This document shows, piece after piece, positions 24,467 to 32,000 of a stretch of 32,000 nt of DNA. Each line of letters begins with the position of its first letter. The first letter of the stretch is position 1. The translations under genes were made by a program, and so were the position numbers. The notes beneath the pieces were generated by a model. That model was not told where the DNA came from and searched no databases. It worked only from the letters and a program-made list of their open reading frames with translations. Source of the stretch: Acaryochloris marina S15 (GTDB lineage Bacteria > Cyanobacteriota > Cyanobacteriia > Thermosynechococcales > Thermosynechococcaceae); assembly GCF_018336915.1 (NCBI RefSeq), contig NZ_CP064925.1:30001-62000 (forward strand). The letters run 5' to 3'.

Positions 24467-26925
24467 ACAGCCTTTTACTTTCAGCATTAATAGCCCTAGC
24501 AAGCATCCCTGCCCTGGCTAGCCCTATTGAGAAGGCAGAGCAACTTACCACTCAAGGGCATCAGCATCTACGACAGGGCAATCCTGGCAATGCGATTGAG
24601 ACGTGGCTAAAAGCATTACAGATTTACCAAAAAGAGAATTCAGAAGATGGTGAGAAAAGTACTCTGATTCACTTGAGCTTGGCTTATCGAGCAAAAGGCC
24701 AGTATCCCAATGCCTGCTGGGTGCTGACGGATGCCCTAGAGGTAGACGACAGTGCTATTTGTCGCAACGTCAACCGACCAACCGCTGAAGAGGTTGCTAC
24801 CGCCCTTCAAATCATTAAGGAACAGCCTGATACTTTACTGACTCTCAAAGCTTTGCAAGAGCTAGGCATAGTTTTACGAGTCATTGGAAATCTAGATGAA
24901 TCTGTGTCAGTCCTAGAGATAGCTCTAGCCTCAGCTCAGAGACAAAATCTAACTTTTGAGCATTACGCACTTAGAATGAGCTTGGCAAACGTTCAAGCGG
25001 ATCTTATTCGCCAAGCCCAAAATCGATTTTCTTTATCGGATAATCCACTAACAAAAGCCCAGTTTATTGAGGTTGCAACTTCAACGCTACCCGATGTCTC
25101 AAAAACGTATCTGGAACTAGCAGCAACAGGGCCAAGATTCCTCCGAGCAAGATTGAATTGGCTCAAAATTTTCTTATCCATCAACCAATGGGCTAATCAA
25201 GATCCGACAAATCCTGAACTATCTGCGTTGAGAAGCAGCCTAATTCCTGGCTTGGATTCCACGCTGGATAAAGCCTTAGTAGCGGATTACTCGAAAGAAT
25301 CACCGATCCAAAGTGTATACAGCCGAATCAAATTAGCAAAATACCTTCTGGAAATACAGAAGAGTGATTTACCTGTAACCACCGAGAAGCACATCCTCAT
25401 CCTCGCTTTTGAACTTGCGAATTCAGCTAGGAACGATGCACTGAGTCTAAAAAATGAGCGGGCAGAGTCCTTTGCTGTCGGAGTAACGGGCCTACTATAC
25501 AAGACTACAAAGCAGAACGATTTTGCACAAAGATCTTTCAAGGCTGCGAGGGATTTAGCGGTATCAAGCAACTCTGCTGATTCTGCCTATGAGTGGGAAT
25601 GGGAGCTAGCAAAACTATATCAAGCGCAGGGTCAAACCCAGGATGCAATCTCAGCCTATGAACGATCAATCAAAAACCTTGATCAGGTTAGAGGTGATCT
25701 GCTCCCTATTGACTCTGAGCTGCAATTCAGATTCGCAGACAAAGTTAAGCCCGTTTATCAACAATACATCAGCGTACTATTGGAGTCTGATACGCCAAAT
25801 TTAGAGAAAGCTGTATTAACAAACGAGCGGCTGCAAGTTGCTCAAATCGAGAATTTCCTGCACTGTGGAAAGCTAGTTTTCGTCTCCACAACCCAAATCG
25901 AGAATGCACCAACTACAATCCATGTTCTGGAACTGGAAGACAGTTTTGAGATACTTGTACCCAACAACGGGACTTGGGCAAGGTTCTCAGCCAATGGGGA
26001 GCGGGTCAGAGGTCTTGCTAGTAAAATCTTAATAGAGCTTCAAGATGAACAATTTTCCAGCACTGAAGACGATTCCTTGCTAGCAGAATCCCAAGCACTT
26101 TACCAGCTACTACTAGACCCAATTGAGAAGCAGGGGCTATTGCCAGAACAGGACGACACGATTGTGTTTGTCACTGATGGAATTCTTAGTAATATTCCCC
26201 TATCAATGCTCCATGATGGCAAGAAGTATTTGGTCGAACGATATAGTATTGCTACTAATCTGGGCAGACTGCAAGCTCCTGAAGCGGTTAGTCCCCAGCA
26301 GCTCAAATTACTGATCACAGGGATATCGAAAGCAAGCCCTAGCCTAAATGCTCCTCAAATTCCGTCAGGGCTGGATGTCTTATCGGAAACAGAAGAAGAA
26401 GCCACTCTGGTTAGCAGTAGCAAAATAGAATCATCTACTTTACTCAATAGCAAGTTTACTGCCAACAACTTAAGAAGAAAGTTGAGTGGCGATTACAATG
26501 CGTTGCACATTTCCACTCACGGGCAATTTTCTTCAGATCCAAATCAAACGTTTTTACTGGCATGGGATAAACCCGTCCCATTACAAGAGCTTGATACCAT
26601 CATTAGGCAAGGAACTCAAGTTGCTGCTAATAACTTGGAGCTACTTTTCCTGAGTGCCTGCCAGTCTGCAAAAGGTGACCAGCTATCTAGCCTGGGTATT
26701 GCGGGTGTGTCAATCCAAGCTGGTGCAAAATCAACAGTCGCATCCTTGTGGCTAGTTGATGCTGAATCTACTGCTCAGCTTGTAGGAGACTTTTACAAAT
26801 CATTGGCAAATGGAAAGACGAAAGCAGAGGCCCTGCGAAAAGCTCAATTGGCACTATTGGGTAAACCTGCTACTCGCCACCCTTACTACTGGGCACCATT
26901 TGTCTTGTCGGGAAGCTGGCTTTGA
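24451..26925 (+). CDS. Exported TPR-CHAT domain protein (caspase-like protease fold)
   Basis: The Sec-type signal is MRYFLNSLLLSALIALASIPALA|SP. The N-terminal two thirds are TPR-like helices. In the C-terminal CHAT domain the His is in LHISTHGQF (codon 26518-26520) and the Cys is in LLFLSACQSAKG (26659-26661). The family-typical end is HPYYWAPFVLSGSWL*. The start overlaps the tpsB 3' end by 16 nt. Confidence 0.88.
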   Translation: MRYFLNSLLLSALIALASIPALASPIEKAEQLTTQGHQHLRQGNPGNAIETWLKALQIYQKENSEDGEKSTLIHLSLAYRAKGQYPNACWVLTDALEVDDSAICRNVNRPTAEEVATALQIIKEQPDTLLTLKALQELGIVLRVIGNLDESVSVLEIALASAQRQNLTFEHYALRMSLANVQADLIRQAQNRFSLSDNPLTKAQFIEVATSTLPDVSKTYLELAATGPRFLRARLNWLKIFLSINQWANQDPTNPELSALRSSLIPGLDSTLDKALVADYSKESPIQSVYSRIKLAKYLLEIQKSDLPVTTEKHILILAFELANSARNDALSLKNERAESFAVGVTGLLYKTTKQNDFAQRSFKAARDLAVSSNSADSAYEWEWELAKLYQAQGQTQDAISAYERSIKNLDQVRGDLLPIDSELQFRFADKVKPVYQQYISVLLESDTPNLEKAVLTNERLQVAQIENFLHCGKLVFVSTTQIENAPTTIHVLELEDSFEILVPNNGTWARFSANGERVRGLASKILIELQDEQFSSTEDDSLLAESQALYQLLLDPIEKQGLLPEQDDTIVFVTDGILSNIPLSMLHDGKKYLVERYSIATNLGRLQAPEAVSPQQLKLLITGISKASPSLNAPQIPSGLDVLSETEEEATLVSSSKIESSTLLNSKFTANNLRRKLSGDYNALHISTHGQFSSDPNQTFLLAWDKPVPLQELDTIIRQGTQVAANNLELLFLSACQSAKGDQLSSLGIAGVSIQAGAKSTVASLWLVDAESTAQLVGDFYKSLANGKTKAEALRKAQLALLGKPATRHPYYWAPFVLSGSWL

Positions 26926-27851
26926 TATTGATCCAGAGCTTGCAAGCCAGCTTGAGCTTTCTCTAGGGCAACTTGATTATTCTGAGACTTTGCTAACTGC
27001 ATAGCCTTCAAGTACTTCTCTCTAGCTTCATCCAGCAACCTTACATCAATAAAGCGTTCTGCCAACACCGTAAATATTTCCGGGTGACTACTTCCTGCCT
27101 GTATTCTGGCCTCTAACACTTTAATACTTTCGTCCAGTACACCTTTGGACAGATAGGCGGCATTGAGATCTAAATATGCCTCTCGGTCTGGATCGAGCTT
27201 AAAGCTACGAATTAGTCCAATCATCTGCTGAAGATCTTTCGCGTCTTCGGTCTTCAGCAAGCGGAATATAGAAGAATCCGCAACAATCGGAACCTCATTT
27301 TTATAGGCAATCACGTTGACCTTATAACGATTCCCTGGACTCAAAGGAGCGTGTTCATCAGGATATTCTAAAAACGCTGATGTAGTGGTTTTTGACCACA
27401 AATTTTTCCTGGGAGATCCAAACTCAAACCGATATCTTGTTGCACCGTCAACAGCAGACCAAGAGAACTGTGGTCGGGGTTCCAGTAGCCAACGACCATA
27501 AGGGGTGATTATTCTTGGCTTTACTGCACGGCTACCACCTTTCCTTCGATTACAAAAGCTACGAGAAGGGAGAGGGCATTTTTTAAGGTTGGAATCCCTG
27601 GTCTGTTTTTTAGGCCGACATTGTTGCTCGGATGGATTGAAGTAGCAGAGGACAAAGCTACCTGATATTTGCGAAACAATCTGATCGCCACTACAAAGCA
27701 ATTTACCGACGAGATTCTGCTGACTCGCCTTCAAGATTCGGCCAATCGGTTCACAGGTTTCTTTCTTGGGCTGCGATTGAGCTACAGCCGAAGCAGGCCA
27801 AATAATTTGTGAGGCCAACAGAATCAGGGTTGTTTGCTTCGCAAGATTCAT
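26886..27851 (-). CDS. Exported Cys-rich protein with a C-terminal TPR-like region (possibly DUF928-like)
   Basis: The signal peptide is MNLAKQTTLILLASQIIWPASAVA. There are six Cys in the first 100 mature residues. The segment RRKGGSR..PRPQFSWSAVDGATRYRFEF..LSPGNRYKVNV resembles the GGGTRG / PTFxW / xEFxL / LxxGxxYxW pattern I recall for cyanobacterial DUF928. The C-terminus is helical repeats. The DUF928 link is tentative. Confidence 0.6.
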   Translation of the reverse strand: MNLAKQTTLILLASQIIWPASAVAQSQPKKETCEPIGRILKASQQNLVGKLLCSGDQIVSQISGSFVLCYFNPSEQQCRPKKQTRDSNLKKCPLPSRSFCNRRKGGSRAVKPRIITPYGRWLLEPRPQFSWSAVDGATRYRFEFGSPRKNLWSKTTTSAFLEYPDEHAPLSPGNRYKVNVIAYKNEVPIVADSSIFRLLKTEDAKDLQQMIGLIRSFKLDPDREAYLDLNAAYLSKGVLDESIKVLEARIQAGSSHPEIFTVLAERFIDVRLLDEAREKYLKAMQLAKSQNNQVALEKAQAGLQALDQYQSQLPDKTNGAQ

Positions 27852-27899
27852 ATGTTGGGAAAAACACCTATTTCTTTCTTCGTTAAATAAGATTATAGG

Positions 27900-29639
27900 C
27901 TATGGCTCTGGGAACAAGCGATTGAGTACGAGGCTCTTCCATTCATCTACCTCTGGTAAAGATGAATCGAGTTGTAGACAAGTTTTCCAAGCTTTTTGTG
28001 CCAAGGGCTGTTTACCTTGCTCTTGATAGACTTGGGCAATAAGACAGTGGGCTGCTGCCATCTCGGGATCTAGGCTAGTTGCTTGTTTTAAATGATCTTC
28101 AGCTTGCTCGTGCTGTTCAAGTTTGAATTCTGCCCAGCCCAGATTTTTCAACAGCAGCGCCCTATCTAAGTCTCTTGCTGCAGTCTCCCCTACCACTCTT
28201 GTCACCAATTTCTTTGCTTCAGCATAATTACCCTGCAATATTTTAAGGCGCGATAGATTATTGGCCGATCCGACAGCTTGGGCATCCGTAGCATTCTCAA
28301 TCACCCGTCTGTAATATTTCTCGGCTAACGTAGCGTTTCCTTGATCCTCATATAGGCTAGCCAGATTGAAAGTCGAGATCCAATAACTGGAATTTACTTG
28401 AGCTGCTTTTTTGTAGTTTTCGATAGCACAAGGGAGATCACCCTCGACCTGACAGATAATACCTAGATTGTTGAGGGTTTCTTCGTTGTTGGGATTCAGA
28501 TTTAGAGCTTTTGCATAATTCTCTTTAGCTGCACTCAGTTGATTGTTCGATTGCTCTACATACCCCTTGTAAAAGTAGTGTTCTGCCATAGACTGACTGT
28601 AGAATTCCTTCCCCTCTTTGATACCTACGTATCCCAGTACAGCGATACAGACAGCAAAAACCCCTAAACCCAATTTGAAATATGGAGATCGGCTGGCTTT
28701 CTCCCAAAGCTCCAGCTTTTCAATGTCTTGAAGGAGGTACTTAGTGCTTTGATGGCGATCTCCTGGTTGGATCGCCATCATTTTGTCCAGCAGATTAGCC
28801 AGTTTGCGATCCAATCGAGGTAATTTATCTCGCCAAATAGGTTCTCCTGTTTTCTTGTCGATAGGTAGCTTATAAGGCTGAACCCCTGTCAGTACCTCAA
28901 TAATGGTGCGTCCCAAGGCATAAAAATCTGACTGGGGCAGCGCTTTGCCGTTGACCTGCTCTAGGGGGGAGTACCCCATGCTTTGAATTAAAGTAATGTC
29001 GTCAAAGCGCTCAGTAATACCGTCAGTGTTCTCAGGTGTGGCTAACTTAGCAATGTACGTTTCCGTGATGGGCCTAATAGCACCAAGATCTATTAATGCC
29101 AGCTTTCCATCTGGCCTCACAATTATGTTTGACGGTTTGATATCTCGGTGAAAAAAGCGCTTTTCATGAATTGCATGGAGGATTTGAGCCAGTTGCTTCA
29201 GCCAATCAAAAGCTTGATGAGGAGATACGGGATCATGAGTTTTCAGCCATTCCTTAAGCGTCACCCCCTCTATTTTTTCCATCACAAATCCATAAATCTC
29301 ACATGGATCTTGTAATGGGTTTAATTTTATTTTGAAATACTCGTACCACTCTGCTCTCGGCACACACGGATGCCGAATACTTCTAAGTGCTACATATTCA
29401 CGCTCAAACATTGTGACTAGCTTTGGCTGAACATCCTTGAGGATTTTTATGATCTTGACATCCTCATCCCCTGCCTGCGCCTCAAAAACCTCTGATCTCC
29501 TTAAAGGATGGAGATCGCCCAATGGTTTTAGTAAGCGATAGCGATCTCCTATCAGCAAGGAGGCCCCACAGTTTTGACATTGATCCAATTGGTCTGGATT
29601 TAGTCGTTGATCACATATAGGATTCGGACAATAGCTCAC
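27900..29639 (-). CDS. Membrane-spanning Ser/Thr protein kinase: 4-Cys zinc-ribbon prefix, kinase domain, one TM segment, C-terminal TPR repeats
   Basis: The 4-Cys prefix is CPNPICDQRLNPDQLDQCQNCG. Kinase motifs are VKIIKILK, HRDIKPSNII, DLGAI and SPLEQ. The TM segment is FKLGLGVFAVCIAVLGYVGI. It is followed by about 6 TPR-like repeats (..AKENYAKALNLNPNNEETLNNLG..AIENYKKAAQVNSSY..). Confidence 0.9.
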   Translation of the reverse strand: MSYCPNPICDQRLNPDQLDQCQNCGASLLIGDRYRLLKPLGDLHPLRRSEVFEAQAGDEDVKIIKILKDVQPKLVTMFEREYVALRSIRHPCVPRAEWYEYFKIKLNPLQDPCEIYGFVMEKIEGVTLKEWLKTHDPVSPHQAFDWLKQLAQILHAIHEKRFFHRDIKPSNIIVRPDGKLALIDLGAIRPITETYIAKLATPENTDGITERFDDITLIQSMGYSPLEQVNGKALPQSDFYALGRTIIEVLTGVQPYKLPIDKKTGEPIWRDKLPRLDRKLANLLDKMMAIQPGDRHQSTKYLLQDIEKLELWEKASRSPYFKLGLGVFAVCIAVLGYVGIKEGKEFYSQSMAEHYFYKGYVEQSNNQLSAAKENYAKALNLNPNNEETLNNLGIICQVEGDLPCAIENYKKAAQVNSSYWISTFNLASLYEDQGNATLAEKYYRRVIENATDAQAVGSANNLSRLKILQGNYAEAKKLVTRVVGETAARDLDRALLLKNLGWAEFKLEQHEQAEDHLKQATSLDPEMAAAHCLIAQVYQEQGKQPLAQKAWKTCLQLDSSLPEVDEWKSLVLNRLFPEP

Positions 29640-29654
29640 TGAACAAGAACCCTA

Positions 29655-31043
29655 CTAAACTTTCTGGGAAATTCGCGCCTTCACAGCTCCAGACGGATCT
29701 GTAAGCAGATATTTCCTAATGACGGGAGGCATCCTAAATTCCAAGGCTTTTGCGGTGAATTCTTTCTCAATAACTGAACGCTCAGTGAGAGAATTCAACG
29801 CTTCCAGGATTTGAGACTTTGATGTGCTAAATTGCTGTTCATCAATTATGTGCGTAATCAAGCTATCCAGCGTAATTGAATCATCAATTTCTAACTGTTG
29901 AGCCATAAGAACTAAGATTTGCATCTCTAAAAGGCTAAGTCTCCCGCCTATCCCAAATTGCTGATCAAATCTAGAAGGGAAAGAACTACCTAGCCATATA
30001 GTTTCATATTCAATAAATCGACTTATTTTCCCATCGAAAAAGTCTTTAATTCGGTCTGCTATATTGTGGAGTGCAAGAGGATTTCCACGATACTGGTCAG
30101 TAATTTTTAACCAATCATCTCGCCCTTGCAAAGCATACTCTTCATATATTTCAAGTGATTCACTAGCAGAAAGACCTGTTAAATGAAATGTTGTAACTGG
30201 TTTTTTAGCTTGGCTAAGCTCATCCAAGTCTTTGAAATTTTCTCTACTTGTTAAAACTACAACACTATTATGAGATTCCTCTACAACTCTTCTTAGTAAA
30301 TAGCCGTAGCCAATATATTTTTCACCGTAAGGATTAATATTGTCACCTTTTAGAATAGAGTCAGCTTCGTCTAGGATTAAAAAGCATCTATTTACTTTAA
30401 GGAATCTAATAAATTCATCACTCGAATAATCTTTGTCTCTATCCTTAGAGTCCTGATTAATATCTTGAATAATATTTTGGTATAAATCTTCTAGATGAGG
30501 ACCATGATAAATTGACTTCCAGATATAATAATCAAATTCATAATCATCCGACCGACTAACTAAGTCTATTAGCTTTGCTGCTAAGGAGCTTTTACCTATA
30601 CCCACTTGCCCTGTAATAACGATACAGCGGCTATCTTGTGTTCTCATGAGTAATTTTTTCAGCTCTGATGATCGACCATACAGCTTCTCAGTAGAAGGTA
30701 GGTAATCAATATTTGACTGCGATCTACCAGCGTTCCAAACCCGGTCATCTCCAGGTAGAACACCAACTGTATCAATTAGCTCTTCAACAACATCCTTGAT
30801 ATAAGGCTTGCCAATTCGGTATTCCTCTCCTAATATCTGCTGGAGAAATCGCCATAATCCAGGGCCAGCAGTATTTTGTAGGTAAGCTTTTTCAAATCGC
30901 GAGTCAGCCGCTAACGCTTCGTAAGACAATCCTTTTATTGAGCCATGCAAAATACACCGCTCAACCTCGGTAAGCTTTTTTCCCCGTATTTTTAGGGATT
31001 GACTATCAACCCAAGTGTAGAAATCATCAAGCGTTAAAGCCAT
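29655..31043 (-). CDS. STAND-class NB-ARC ATPase with an N-terminal HTH-like module and no C-terminal repeat sensor
   Basis: The N-terminus is KLTEVERCILHGSIKGLSYEALAA..GPGLWRFLQQILGEE, the helix-turn-helix-like cap seen on many cyanobacterial NB-ARC/WD40 proteins. Walker A is ITGQVGIGKSSLAAKL and Walker B is CFLILDEAD. VVVLTSRE and the NB-ARC GxPLA motif (YRGNPLAL) are present. The C-terminus is winged-helix-like. The protein ends at 462 aa without WD40, TPR or LRR repeats. Confidence 0.8.
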   Translation of the reverse strand: MALTLDDFYTWVDSQSLKIRGKKLTEVERCILHGSIKGLSYEALAADSRFEKAYLQNTAGPGLWRFLQQILGEEYRIGKPYIKDVVEELIDTVGVLPGDDRVWNAGRSQSNIDYLPSTEKLYGRSSELKKLLMRTQDSRCIVITGQVGIGKSSLAAKLIDLVSRSDDYEFDYYIWKSIYHGPHLEDLYQNIIQDINQDSKDRDKDYSSDEFIRFLKVNRCFLILDEADSILKGDNINPYGEKYIGYGYLLRRVVEESHNSVVVLTSRENFKDLDELSQAKKPVTTFHLTGLSASESLEIYEEYALQGRDDWLKITDQYRGNPLALHNIADRIKDFFDGKISRFIEYETIWLGSSFPSRFDQQFGIGGRLSLLEMQILVLMAQQLEIDDSITLDSLITHIIDEQQFSTSKSQILEALNSLTERSVIEKEFTAKALEFRMPPVIRKYLLTDPSGAVKARISQKV

Positions 31044-31449
31044 CTCAGTCCTTGCATATATTTTCTGCTAAATATTTAATAGGTTGGTGACAATAGTATA
31101 GATGGAAATCAGTAAAGTATTAAGTAATCATTTTATCTTAATGCGACTTAGCAAGAGACTGACACTCTTAAAGGATTTCTGAGAAGTGGGTTTAATGTTC
31201 CTCATTAGATCTTTGGTAGGTAGCGTAAGAGACTGAAACCTCGTCTTTCCATTGGGCTAGATGACCAGAAATCTTTCCTGGAGATTTTTTGACGTTTTCT
31301 GAGCCAATAACTCATAGCAATCTGTATGTATTTCAGGGTAAAGCACTAATTATCATCAGCATGGTAGCAAGTGATCGACAAGTATGATATTAACTTAATA
31401 GTACCTAATCACTACTAAGCCACTATTTTCTGTAAATGGAGTCAAGATT

Positions 31450-32000
31450 ATGCAGGAAAGCTACAATTCCACTGCCAATCAGAGTCAGCCACAGCTAGTA
31501 AAACTCTCTCAAATACAGCTAGATCCTGAGATCCAACCCCGACAGCAGCTCAATCAGGAAGTGGTCACTGAATATGCTGAAGCTATGGGGCAAGGGACTA
31601 CGTTCCCGCCTGTGATTATTTTCTACGACGATTCTAGGTACTGGTTAACTGATGGATTCCACCGAGTAAAAGCTAAGGAGTCCATTGGCGGACATGAGAT
31701 ATTAGCAGAAGTGCGATATGGTTCTCGTCGTGATGCAATACTTTTTGCAGCAGGAGCAAATTCAGCATATGGCCTTCAGAGATCCAATGCCGATAAGCGC
31801 AGAGCAGTTGAGAGATTGATCCTTGATGAAGAATGGTTTAGATGGTCCGATCGTGAAATTGCTAGGCGGACATCTGTGAGTCAACCGTTTGTGAGTAAAT
31901 TGAGGAACCAGTTCCTTGAAGGTGATAACCGTTATCAGATAAATGTAGGCTTGGATACATCTTGTAGATTAGCTTGTCGCAATGGAAAATCATACAACGT
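31450..32000 (+). CDS. ParB/sulfiredoxin-like N-terminal domain protein (partial, runs off the right edge)
   Basis: ATG at 31450. It reads MQESYNSTANQSQPQLVKLSQIQLDPEIQPRQQLNQEVVTEYAEAMGQGTTFPPVIIFYDDSRYWLTDGFHRVKA..AGANSAYGLQRSNADKRRAVERLILDEEW. It has the ParB-N DGxHR motif. The frame is open to 32000, and it is absent from the track because there is no stop in the window. Confidence 0.75.
   Translation, partial: MQESYNSTANQSQPQLVKLSQIQLDPEIQPRQQLNQEVVTEYAEAMGQGTTFPPVIIFYDDSRYWLTDGFHRVKAKESIGGHEILAEVRYGSRRDAILFAAGANSAYGLQRSNADKRRAVERLILDEEWFRWSDREIARRTSVSQPFVSKLRNQFLEGDNRYQINVGLDTSCRLACRNGKSYN

Noticed and set aside
1-32000. Search for tRNA, rRNA, CRISPR, integron or retron signatures
   Set aside because: Reading the intergenic regions showed no cloverleaf-compatible segment, no repeat-spacer array and no reverse-transcriptase ORF. 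A covariance-model scan was not possible.

Overview
The window looks cyanobacterial, and this is an inference. It rests on RRM-type Rbp proteins, a Ser/Thr kinase with a 4-Cys N-terminal prefix, a TPS/CHAT cluster, an ISKra4-type IS, and one HIP1 octamer GCGATCGC at 16784-16791. No rRNA, tRNA or CRISPR array was found.

(A) 1-12 kb is an insertion-sequence hot spot holding five IS elements of five families. An IS4-family element (403-2823) splits an LRR-protein gene and is itself split by an IS630-family element (1776-2717). An ISAs1-family element (3368-4697) sits in the 5' end of a small unknown gene. An IS256-family element (6806-8180) sits in codon 3-5 of a CheY-like response regulator directly downstream of a PAS-GAF-PAS histidine kinase. 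A decayed ISKra4-like element lies at 10352-11838. All show terminal inverted repeats and target-site duplications. Three host genes can be rebuilt in frame by removing the IS in silico.

(B) 12-20 kb carries signalling and RNA-binding genes. A 1359-aa hybrid kinase (4xCBS, GAF, PAS, HK, REC) is bracketed by two RRM protein genes. There is also a third copy of the small paralog family, and a cytochrome P450 gene followed 2 nt later by a stand-alone dsRBD protein gene.

(C) 20.2-31.0 kb is the best candidate for an uncharacterised system. It is a convergent six-gene cluster. The plus-strand genes are TpsA, TpsB and an exported TPR-CHAT protease. The minus-strand genes are a sensor-less HTH-NB-ARC STAND ATPase, a membrane-spanning Ser/Thr kinase with an external TPR domain, and an exported Cys-rich/TPR (DUF928-like) protein. 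A ParB/Srx-like gene starts at 31450 and runs off the right edge.
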